From Clostridia bacterium (GTDB lineage: Bacteria; Bacillota; Clostridia; Oscillospirales; CAG-272), in NCBI GenBank assembly GCA_024404975.1, contig JAKSPH010000001.1, positions 1 through 59,110 of the forward strand: 59,110 nucleotides of DNA, read 5' to 3'. This document shows, in pieces, positions 47,833 to 55,940 of the stretch; position 1 is the stretch's first letter; every line of letters starts with the position of its first letter. The position numbers were made by a program, and so were the translations under genes. The notes under the pieces were generated by a model. The model saw only the letters and a list, made by a program, of their open reading frames with translations, was not told where the DNA came from and ran no database searches.

Positions 47833-49944
47833 ATGAATGACATAAATAACAACGCACCCGCATCGGGTGAGAAAAAGAAAAAACGCTATTACCGTCCGAA
47901 AAAGAAGAGGTCCGCTCCCCGTCCGGACGTAAAGAAAGACGAATCCCAAAAACCCGTCCGCAAGGACAAAGCGGTCAAACCCGCCGTACAGGAACCGAAA
48001 GCAGTCAAAGCCGAAGAAAAAAAGACCGCCCCCCTACATCAGAGAAAGAAGAAAAAACCGACCTCCGCCCCCACCTACACGGAAAAGAAACAAGGCAAGT
48101 ATTCCCCCGCGACCGGCATTTTCTCGGACATCACCGACAAGATCTTCGATAAAAACGTGAAGATCGAGGAGCCGGCGGAGGAATTTTACGCCGTAACCGC
48201 GCCCGCCGTTTCCGCGAAGAAACAGAACGGGAAAAAGTCCGCAAACGCCAAAAAGCCCTCCGAAAAGAGTTATAAATACAACGGCGACGGCAAACTCCGC
48301 GTGTTCTCTCTCGGCGGTTTGCAGGAGATCGGAAAGAATATGACCGTCATCGAGTACGGCGACGACATCGTCGTGATCGACTGCGGCATGGCGTTCCCCG
48401 ACGAGGAGATGCCCGGCATCGACCTTGTCATTCCCGACGTTTCCTACCTTGTCAAGAACCGCGAGAAGGTGAGAGGCATTCTCATCACCCACGGACACGA
48501 AGACCACGTCGGCGCGGTCGCTTACGTCCTCTCGCAGATCAACGTGCCGATCTACGGCACCCGCCTTTCCCTCGGTATCATCGAGGGAAAACTCGAAGAA
48601 AATCCCCCGAAAACCGCTCCGGATCTTCGCACTGTCGAAGCCGGCGATACCGTCCGCCTCGGCTCTCTCTTTGCCGAGTTCATCCACGTGAACCACTCCA
48701 TTGCGGATGCCTGCGCCATCGCCGTGACAACGCCTGTCGGTGTCGTATTCCATACCGGAGATTTCAAACTCGACGTGTCCCCCATCGACGGCAAAATGAT
48801 GGATCTTACCCGCATCGGCGAGATCGGAAAAGCCGGCGTCACTCTCCTTCTGTGTGAGTCCACCAACGCCGAGCGCCCCGGCTTCACGCCCTCTGAGCGC
48901 ACGGTCGGAAACTCGCTGGAACGCATTTTCACGCAGTACGTAGACAGACGGCTCATCATCGCCACCTTCTCGTCGAACGTCCACCGCGTGCAGCAGATCA
49001 TTGACGCGTCCCACCGCCACGGCAGAAAAGTTGCCATTCTCGGCAGAAGCATGGTGAACGTCATCGGCGCGGCGACCGAACTCGGTTACATGGATCTCCC
49101 CGAAGATACGCTCATCGACATTTCGGATATCAAGCGCTACAAGCCCGAACAGATCACCTTGATCACGACGGGAAGCCAGGGGGAGCCGATGTCCGCGCTC
49201 TACCGCATCGCGTTCGCGGAACACGATAAAGTCAAACTCTCCTCGTCCGACGTCGTTATCCTTTCTTCCTCCGCCATCCCCGGCAACGAGAAGGACGTCG
49301 GAAAGATCATCAATATGCTCGTCAAGAACGGCGTGAAAGTCGTCAACGATGCCACCGAGTCGGTTCACGTTTCCGGTCACGCCTGCCGTGAGGAACTCAA
49401 ACTGATGATGGCACTGCTCAAACCCAAGTATTTCATGCCCATCCACGGCGAGTACCGCCACCTCTACGCGAACAAAGAAAACGCGGAATACATGGGTATC
49501 CCCTCACAGAACATCTTTGTCAGCGAGATCGGAAAAGTCCTTGAGATCGACCGTAAAGGCGCGAGATTCAACGGCAACGTCCCCGCGGGCAGAGTTCTTG
49601 TGGACGGTGCGGGTGTCGGTGACATCGGAGCCGTCGTTCTCCGCGACAGAAAGCATCTTGCCGAGGACGGACTTGTCGTTGTCGTCGCGTCTGTAAACCC
49701 GACGGACAGAAGTCTGGTTTCCGGCCCCGATATCGTTTCGCGCGGATTCGTGTACGTCAAGGAGTCCGAAGAACTGATGGACGGTGCCCGTCAGGTGGCT
49801 GCCGATGCCATTGAAAAGGCGCTCGACGCAAACGCGTTCGACTGGACGGAGATCCGCAACCGGATCAAAGATGCCCTCGCGAAATTCATCTACCAAAAGA
49901 CAAAACGCAGTCCGATGATTCTCCCCGTGATCATGGACGTATAA
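47833..49944 (+). CDS. rnj: ribonuclease J with a Lys-rich N-terminal extension of about 150 aa
   Basis: LRVFSLGGLQEIGKNMTVIEYGDDIVVIDCGMAFPDEEMPGIDLVIPD and ITHGHEDHVGA form the metallo-beta-lactamase / beta-CASP core. No internal ATG precedes the core, so the extension or an alternative GTG start is unresolved. Confidence 0.9.
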   Translation: MNDINNNAPASGEKKKKRYYRPKKKRSAPRPDVKKDESQKPVRKDKAVKPAVQEPKAVKAEEKKTAPLHQRKKKKPTSAPTYTEKKQGKYSPATGIFSDITDKIFDKNVKIEEPAEEFYAVTAPAVSAKKQNGKKSANAKKPSEKSYKYNGDGKLRVFSLGGLQEIGKNMTVIEYGDDIVVIDCGMAFPDEEMPGIDLVIPDVSYLVKNREKVRGILITHGHEDHVGAVAYVLSQINVPIYGTRLSLGIIEGKLEENPPKTAPDLRTVEAGDTVRLGSLFAEFIHVNHSIADACAIAVTTPVGVVFHTGDFKLDVSPIDGKMMDLTRIGEIGKAGVTLLLCESTNAERPGFTPSERTVGNSLERIFTQYVDRRLIIATFSSNVHRVQQIIDASHRHGRKVAILGRSMVNVIGAATELGYMDLPEDTLIDISDIKRYKPEQITLITTGSQGEPMSALYRIAFAEHDKVKLSSSDVVILSSSAIPGNEKDVGKIINMLVKNGVKVVNDATESVHVSGHACREELKLMMALLKPKYFMPIHGEYRHLYANKENAEYMGIPSQNIFVSEIGKVLEIDRKGARFNGNVPAGRVLVDGAGVGDIGAVVLRDRKHLAEDGLVVVVASVNPTDRSLVSGPDIVSRGFVYVKESEELMDGARQVAADAIEKALDANAFDWTEIRNRIKDALAKFIYQKTKRSPMILPVIMDV

Positions 49945-49982
49945 AGTGTTTCGGTGCGGATTTCTCCGCGCCGAAAACAACA

Positions 49983-50017
49983 AAAAGGTGTTCTCCGAAA
50001 AGAGAACACCTTTTTGT
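49983..50017. terminator. bidirectional rho-independent terminator
   Basis: AAGGTGTTCTC-cgaaaa-GAGAACACCTT, flanked by an A-run and a T-run. Confidence 0.85.
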
Positions 50018-50041
50018 TATGTAAATAAAGATTGACAAGAA

Positions 50042-50779
50042 TCACTGTGCCGCTTTTGCCTCTGAGGGAGATGCCCCCGCTTCCTGTTGCGCGCGGTAGA
50101 GAATCCGCACCCGACGGAAGGTCAGAAGTATGCAGAAGAACGAATACACGTAATAGATAAGATACGTGATCTGCGCCGGATCGGCGACGGTCATGAACAC
50201 GCCGGAAACGATGGACAGAATTCCGTTCGGGATGCCCCAATAGGAGTATTCGCGATAGGCGAGGAGCGTCAGAACGGTGGTTACGTTAGAAACGACGGTG
50301 ATCGCGCGGTCGATCACGTCAAGTCCTGCGTTTTCGGCAGGGGCAAGCCATTCCCGATTTCTCGCAAAGGCGAAACCGCCGACAAGAAGCGCAAACAGAA
50401 GAACCGATCCGAGAATGAGGAGAATATTCTGCTTTTTCGTCATAGAGCCGAGTTTTACACTCGCACCGTCTTTTTTACGGTTCCAATTGAGAAACGTCAG
50501 AAATTGCAGGACGGAATTGACGGCAACGGCGGTAACCGCACTCGTGTACATTCCGAGCGAGAAAAATACGATACCGTAGAGAATGGAGTTACAACCGCCG
50601 AGCAGAGGAGCAAGGCGGCTGACTTTCGTTTGCAGATACAGGACGAAGAGCGAAACGAACAGAGGCAGGATCCGGAAGAAGGACTGCGAGAACAGATAGC
50701 CGGTAACGGCGATCGCAACGGCAACGGCGGCGATGACCGCGTACATCGGTGAAAAACGAGTTGTCTTTTGTGTATGCAT
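50042..50779 (-). CDS. PnuC-like (nicotinamide riboside transporter family) membrane protein
   Basis: Seven to eight hydrophobic helices over 245 aa, with PnuC-like repeat ends (VLQFLTFLNWNRKK and YVYSFFCILLTFRRV). The family call is from memory only. Confidence 0.45.
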   Translation of the reverse strand: MHTQKTTRFSPMYAVIAAVAVAIAVTGYLFSQSFFRILPLFVSLFVLYLQTKVSRLAPLLGGCNSILYGIVFFSLGMYTSAVTAVAVNSVLQFLTFLNWNRKKDGASVKLGSMTKKQNILLILGSVLLFALLVGGFAFARNREWLAPAENAGLDVIDRAITVVSNVTTVLTLLAYREYSYWGIPNGILSIVSGVFMTVADPAQITYLIYYVYSFFCILLTFRRVRILYRAQQEAGASPSEAKAAQ

Positions 50780-50803
50780 AATTGCTTCTTTTCTTTAGCG
50801 GAG

Positions 50804-53197
50804 TCAATCCGCGAGGTAGGCCTCGGCGGCGGTGCCGTAGGCGTACATGGCTTTCGCTAATCTGCCGATCGCGTCGCTCTGCCGCTTTGCGGCAATGTAG
50901 TCGTTGAGTGAGTATTTCAAAACGGAATATCCGACGGTGAAGACAAACTTTTTATTGAAATCCGTCGGCGCGATGCCCTCGGTTTCCATCACTTTGACGC
51001 CCTTGCTGTCGACCGAGTAATCCGCAGGTTTGCCGTCGATCATGGGGACGATACCGTCGGGGGCGGTGAATTTGACCGCGATGCGGTTCTGATAAGTGAA
51101 TAGAACGTTGGCACTCGTAATACTCGTTCCCGATGTGTTGACGGGGCGGGCTTCCGCGGCGGCAACAGGGGCGCGGTGTGCCATTTCAGACAGAGTAAAG
51201 TCGTCAAACCAGATACTGTACGTCTGCTGACCGGACGGATCCGAACCCAAACCGTTCACGGTAATTGCCATTCCGCGGACGTCCGCGGGGGTGAAAACGG
51301 AATCGTAGATGAAGTCAACGTAGGCGGTGTGCCACTCGCCGAGAACGGCGGTGCGCTCGGTCACGATCCTGCCGCCCGAGTAGCCGTTGCCGGACGCGTA
51401 GCCGATGTCGACGGTGCAATCCCCCTCACCGATCCGGCGCTCGACCTTGTAACGGAAGGTCAGACGGTAGTGCTTTCCGCTCGTCGCGGTGTTCAGCACG
51501 CCGTTCACGCAAAGTACGGCATAGTCCTTGTAACCGATCAGACGGTAAGCGAGGTTGTCGCCGTCCTTCTCTGCGGTGAGGGAAGCGCCTGCTTCCAGAC
51601 CTTTCGTCGTAACGATGGGTTCCGCGGTGTCGACGTCAAATCCGGCGATCGTCAAAAATCCCGGCGTTACGATCTCATAGAGGACGATGTCGTCGATGAG
51701 AATTCCGACACTCTTTGCGCCGTCGAAACCGAGGATCAGATCCGCGTTTTCGGTCAGAGTGTAGGAACAGATGAACTCTTTGGAAACCTCGTTCCATACG
51801 CCGGCGGTGCCGTTCTCGCGGGAAAGAACCGCGGAGTCGCTCTGCGAGCCGTAGCCGACGGTGAACTCTCTTGCGGTGTCGGAACGGTAGCGGAAGGAAA
51901 GAAGATACCGTTTGCCGGGCGCCATACCCGCTACGGCGTTTTTCAGGATCACGGATTTTTCACCCGCGGTGTTCTCCGCGGTGATTTTCAAAACCTTGTT
52001 GGCAGTGGCTTCCTCCGCGACGGCGGCGCTGCAAAGGGTGGTTTGTACGATGGCGGAAACTTCGTCGAAATCGACGTTCGAGAGCGTTTTTTTCTCGGCG
52101 GACGGTTCCTTTTCCAACATGGATTTCGTTTCGTTCGCGTAGTAGAGAAGCGCGTCGATCAGAGAAGCGAGTTTTTCGTTTTCGGGGTCTTTTTCGAGCA
52201 GGGTGTCGAGGTATGCTTTGAGCGAGGTTTCCGCGGTCAGAACGGCGGTTTCTCCGTCCGTGACCTCGACCGTGACCGTGTCGGAAACGTTCTGTGCGCC
52301 GAGATTTCCCAAGACGGCGTCATAGACGGCGTAGGTCTTTCCGTAGGCGGTGAACTCGGAATTCTCCGCCTTGACGGGGGAAACTTCCGTCTTGCCGTCC
52401 TCGCCGACCTTGAAACCGACCATCGGATCTTCCGCGCAGAGGATCATGCGGAAGGAGAGCGAGAGCGATGCGCTGACCGTGCAGAACATGGAATCCAAGC
52501 GGTCGCCGAGGTTCGGGAACGCGAGCGCGAAATAGGAATAGTCCTCTTCGCCGACGGCGGTCTTGACGAGGGAACAGTTGCCGAAATACAGCGAGGATTT
52601 TGCGCTTTGCGCTTCTTCGCATTGGCGGATCTCATCCCAGGCGACGGACTTTCCGAGCCATTCACCCGCGCGGATCCGCGCGGTAAAGACGAGTTCGGTA
52701 TCAACAAAGAAGGAAATCTGCGCCTGACTCCTGTCGACCGTGACGGAAACGTCGGTCAGTTTGTCGGAGGAAAGTCTGCCGATCTTCACAAAGGAGGACG
52801 CGTTTTCAAACGCAAAGATCCGTCCGGTGCCGTCGATTTTCAAAAGCGGGGAATTTACACTCTGTCCCGCGGCGTTCGTTCCGCACTCACAGAGCAGGAT
52901 CGGCAGGGCGCGGCAATCGGCTTCCGTCATCGCGGAGAACGAAACCGTGTAACTCTGCGCGTTTTCCGCGTTGCCGACGGTGAAACCGTAGTCTGCGGCG
53001 TTCCCGCCGTTGCACGTGGCTTTCGTGATCTTGTCCGAACCGCAAACGCTCACCGTTTCCGAAGAATCGACGTTGGGAAACGTCACGGCACAAGGTTCCG
53101 GCACCTCTTCGGGAGATGCGGCGCCGACGGGGAGCCAAAGGAACAAAAGTATCACAGTCAGCAGCGCGGCGATCGACCGGATTTTATGTTTTTTCAT
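50804..53197 (-). CDS. secreted multidomain protein of unknown function (LamG-like N-terminal domain, two CBM4/9-like beta-sandwich modules, conserved C-terminal domain)
   Basis: Signal peptide MKKHKIRSIAALLTVILLFLWLPVGAASPEE. The repeated pattern GKRYLLSFRYRSD...ILIDDIVLYE and GKHYRLTFRYKVE...IWFDDFTLSE is typical of jelly-roll binding modules. It is a paralogue of 53521..54777. Confidence 0.6.
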   Translation of the reverse strand: MKKHKIRSIAALLTVILLFLWLPVGAASPEEVPEPCAVTFPNVDSSETVSVCGSDKITKATCNGGNAADYGFTVGNAENAQSYTVSFSAMTEADCRALPILLCECGTNAAGQSVNSPLLKIDGTGRIFAFENASSFVKIGRLSSDKLTDVSVTVDRSQAQISFFVDTELVFTARIRAGEWLGKSVAWDEIRQCEEAQSAKSSLYFGNCSLVKTAVGEEDYSYFALAFPNLGDRLDSMFCTVSASLSLSFRMILCAEDPMVGFKVGEDGKTEVSPVKAENSEFTAYGKTYAVYDAVLGNLGAQNVSDTVTVEVTDGETAVLTAETSLKAYLDTLLEKDPENEKLASLIDALLYYANETKSMLEKEPSAEKKTLSNVDFDEVSAIVQTTLCSAAVAEEATANKVLKITAENTAGEKSVILKNAVAGMAPGKRYLLSFRYRSDTAREFTVGYGSQSDSAVLSRENGTAGVWNEVSKEFICSYTLTENADLILGFDGAKSVGILIDDIVLYEIVTPGFLTIAGFDVDTAEPIVTTKGLEAGASLTAEKDGDNLAYRLIGYKDYAVLCVNGVLNTATSGKHYRLTFRYKVERRIGEGDCTVDIGYASGNGYSGGRIVTERTAVLGEWHTAYVDFIYDSVFTPADVRGMAITVNGLGSDPSGQQTYSIWFDDFTLSEMAHRAPVAAAEARPVNTSGTSITSANVLFTYQNRIAVKFTAPDGIVPMIDGKPADYSVDSKGVKVMETEGIAPTDFNKKFVFTVGYSVLKYSLNDYIAAKRQSDAIGRLAKAMYAYGTAAEAYLAD

Positions 53198-53332
53198 GAA
53201 GATCTCCTTCGTTTGCTACATTAGATTATAGTATACCATAGGTTATTATATCAAAAACAAGGCGTTTTCACAAGGTGGCAACCTTGACAAATTTTTCACA
53301 CGATATTTGTGCATCGTGTATAAGAGCGCCCC

Positions 53333-53370
53333 CAAAAACAAAGAGCCGCAGGCTTTTCGGCCTGCGGCTC
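53333..53370 (-). terminator. rho-independent terminator after the 37-codon ORF
   Basis: On the reverse strand: GAGCCGCAGGC-cgaaaa-GCCTGCGGCTC followed by TTTGTTTTT. Confidence 0.85.
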
Positions 53371-53388
53371 TCCATGCTTTTCAAAGCA

Positions 53389-53502
53389 TTAAACGGTCAA
53401 TTCGAATTCGTCTTCAATTCCGGTGAAATTGCTGGTAGCGATCACGTCGGAAGAGTTCATGTTGACGATTTTAAGTTCGGGAGCAACGAAAGTTTGTTTC
53501 AT
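53389..53502 (-). CDS. 37-aa peptide MKQTFVAPELKIVNMNSSDVIATSNFTGIEDEFELTV (unannotated small ORF)
   Basis: AGGAGG (53513-53518) lies 10 nt upstream of ATG 53502. The ORF sits directly after the stop of the 53521..54777 gene and is followed by a strong terminator. It is too short for the ORF track. Confidence 0.5.
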   Translation of the reverse strand: MKQTFVAPELKIVNMNSSDVIATSNFTGIEDEFELTV

Positions 53503-53520
53503 TTTATCATATCCTCCTGA

Positions 53521-54777
53521 TCATTCAATGGTCGCGTATGCCTCGGCGGCAACACCGTAAGCATGCATAGCGTTCGTGAGAGCGGAGATTTTCGCATTGC
53601 CGGTCATCGCGATGGCGTAAGCGTTCACGCTGTAAGTGAGCGTTGAAGTGCCGACGGTGAAGGTAAACTCTTTATCGAAATCGGTAGGCGCGATGCCAGC
53701 GGTCGAGATCTTCCACAGTCCGTCGCCAAGGTCGGTGGAAACGACGTCAACGCCTGCGGTCATACCGCCTTCAACACCTCTGTTGGTGAGGCCGGGCGTA
53801 AGGCCGTCGAAATCGGCAGCCGCACGTGCAGTGAGTCCGGGAACTTCGAGTTTTTCCAATTTCAGGTCGTCGATATAAACGGTGTTGTTGGCACTGCCGG
53901 AGCCGAGACCTTCGATGTTAAGACCGATGTAGTTGTGGGTAGTTTCTTTATAGTTGCAGATGAAAGTAATCGAGTAATCTTTCCATACGCCGATCTGACG
54001 CCATTGATCACCGTAACCGATGGCGAAACTTTCGCCGCCGTTGGAAGAAACGACTTTGTAGCGGAAGGAGAGTGTGTAAACCTGACCGATGACGGTATCT
54101 GCCATAAATCCGGAAAGATCGGTCATCTGCTGAGCAGTCGTGTCGACACAGGAGGAACTCCAAACTTTATTACCACCGTCGGAGACGATGAAAGATACCG
54201 CATTTCTCTGTGCGGTGCCGAGAGAACGATTATCAAAATCGAGATCCTGAAGTACGGTAACGAATGCGGAATTGTCCTTTCCGAGATACTCACGAGATTC
54301 GTAGGAATAGAGAAGGACGGAGTCGATGAGAGTCAGAAGTTCTGTGTCGGAGGGGTTGTTTTCTTTCAGCGTCGTAAGATATTTTAAAGCGGAATACTCT
54401 TCGCTGATCAAGGTGCTTGCACCGTTTTTTACGGTGATGGTGAATGTGTCGGTGATGTTTTGAGGGCCGATGCCTGCATAAACGGCGTCATACTGGCGGA
54501 CGGTCTTTCCGTCAACGAGATACGTCTCGAATTCGGGAACGAGAGTCACCGTAATGCTTACCGTTTTGCCCTTGGCGTCGGTAATTTCAACCGTGGGAAG
54601 TTCAGCGTTGGAGCAGAAACGGAAAGAAAGATTCAAAGAATCGTTCAGCGTTCCCTGCCCGGACTGAATGGCATTTGCCGGGAGAGGTTCTTCTGCGGAT
54701 GGCACAAAAGGAATTGCGATAATCATCATAGCCGCAAGAACGAGGAGGGCAACAAGTCTGATTTTGCGGGTTTTCAT
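53521..54777 (-). CDS. secreted protein of unknown function, shorter paralogue of 50804..53197 (one CBM-like module plus the shared C-terminal domain)
   Basis: AAGGAG RBS plus ATG 54777. Signal peptide MKTRKIRLVALLVLAAMMIIAIPFVPSAEE. GQVYTLSFRYKVV...VYIDDLKLEKL. The C-terminus GIAPTDFDKEFTFTVGTSTLTYSVNAY...AMHAYGVAAEAY aligns with the paralogue. Confidence 0.6.
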   Translation of the reverse strand: MKTRKIRLVALLVLAAMMIIAIPFVPSAEEPLPANAIQSGQGTLNDSLNLSFRFCSNAELPTVEITDAKGKTVSITVTLVPEFETYLVDGKTVRQYDAVYAGIGPQNITDTFTITVKNGASTLISEEYSALKYLTTLKENNPSDTELLTLIDSVLLYSYESREYLGKDNSAFVTVLQDLDFDNRSLGTAQRNAVSFIVSDGGNKVWSSSCVDTTAQQMTDLSGFMADTVIGQVYTLSFRYKVVSSNGGESFAIGYGDQWRQIGVWKDYSITFICNYKETTHNYIGLNIEGLGSGSANNTVYIDDLKLEKLEVPGLTARAAADFDGLTPGLTNRGVEGGMTAGVDVVSTDLGDGLWKISTAGIAPTDFDKEFTFTVGTSTLTYSVNAYAIAMTGNAKISALTNAMHAYGVAAEAYATIE

Positions 54778-54881
54778 AATACGCTCCTTGATATTTTTAT
54801 TGGTATATAAATTACAACAAATTCCCATTTATAAAACAATCGGCAAAAACAACGAAATAATCTCCTGTGAATTGTGCAAGA

Positions 54882-54913
54882 CAAACAAAAAACGCGGCTC
54901 TTTGCGAGCCGCG
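54882..54913 (-). terminator. rho-independent terminator of the SGNH hydrolase gene
   Basis: On the reverse strand: CGCGGCTC-gcaaa-GAGCCGCG followed by TTTTTTGTTTG. Confidence 0.85.
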
Positions 54914-54937
54914 GAAAACATTTTGAAACATTTGCAC

Positions 54938-55747
54938 TTACGCGCGGTACATACCCGCGTCGGCATCTTCGCCGAGAATGGGCGCTTCGCCGAAAATGCG
55001 TTTATAGAGAACTTCCGCAAAGAGGGCGTGCATTTCCCGCTCCGGATGGTTGATCCGGTTGATGAGCAGGGAAGAGGTGTCGATTCCGGCATCCGCCATC
55101 CCGCGCCATACCGCATAGGCATCCGCGACGGGAACGCCGCATTCTTTTGCCAGCGCGCGTCCGGCATCGGTGAGCGCGTCGAGCATTCCGGAGTTCTGCA
55201 TATCGGCGGTCTTGGCGGCGTATTCGTAGTACTTCGGCTCGGTGTCCTCGGTGCGGTAGGTGTTGAGCATATTCGACGTGAGATACATCACGTCCACGCC
55301 CGCCGCTTTACATTTGTTGAAAATCCCGCGCATCGCGTCCGTGAAAACGGGGATCGGCTCGTTGACGTCGTTCAGTCCGAAGCAGACGATCACGAGGTCG
55401 GGATTGTGCGGAAGCACGTACTTATCCATGATGGAAAGTCCGTAGGGTGCGGTAACTCCGCCTACGGCGGCATTGATGATATTCACGGGGGTGTAAGGGA
55501 AGCGCTCGTTGATCATCAGACGCAGACGGTCGTGATAGACCGCGCGGTAGTCGTGATTCTTCGGCGGAACGAAGCAGCCGTGCGAAACACTGTCGCCGAC
55601 GATGACGATCGTGATCGGCCCCTCCTCTTCGAGTTCCTTCTGCCCACCGAGAACACGGCGGCAGATCTTCAGATCCTCAGTGTCGGCGCCGTCCATCTGT
55701 TCGACGGCTTTGCGCCAAAACGTTTTTGCTTTTTCAAGTTCGGTCAT
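54938..55747 (-). CDS. SGNH/GDSL-family hydrolase
   Basis: ITIVIVGDSVSHGCF (block I), LVIVCFGLNDV (block III) and a C-terminal DxxH-like INHPERE. Confidence 0.75.
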   Translation of the reverse strand: MTELEKAKTFWRKAVEQMDGADTEDLKICRRVLGGQKELEEEGPITIVIVGDSVSHGCFVPPKNHDYRAVYHDRLRLMINERFPYTPVNIINAAVGGVTAPYGLSIMDKYVLPHNPDLVIVCFGLNDVNEPIPVFTDAMRGIFNKCKAAGVDVMYLTSNMLNTYRTEDTEPKYYEYAAKTADMQNSGMLDALTDAGRALAKECGVPVADAYAVWRGMADAGIDTSSLLINRINHPEREMHALFAEVLYKRIFGEAPILGEDADAGMYRA

Positions 55748-55835
55748 GACAGTATCCTTTCCTGTGGCAAGTCTGCCGTTTTTTTCATAATCTGTCGTTG
55801 AGGGGAATCTCTCACTCTTGTTAGGGGGAATACTT

Positions 55836-55910
55836 ATGAAGATCGTGGTTTTCCGTTCTCCGCGGTTTCTGTCGCCGCTCTTGGCAAAGATTTTCGGCTT
55901 GAAGAAATAG
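55836..55910 (+). CDS. spoVM: stage V sporulation protein M (24 aa)
   Basis: MKIVVFRSPRFLSPLLAKIFGLKK resembles B. subtilis SpoVM (MKFYTIKLPKFLGGIVRAMLGSFRKD, an amphipathic helix). AGGGGGA RBS 5 nt upstream. It ends in TAG and is not in the ORF track. Confidence 0.75.
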   Translation: MKIVVFRSPRFLSPLLAKIFGLKK

Positions 55911-55940
55911 GCGCGGAGAGTAAAGTAAACTTTACAAAAT

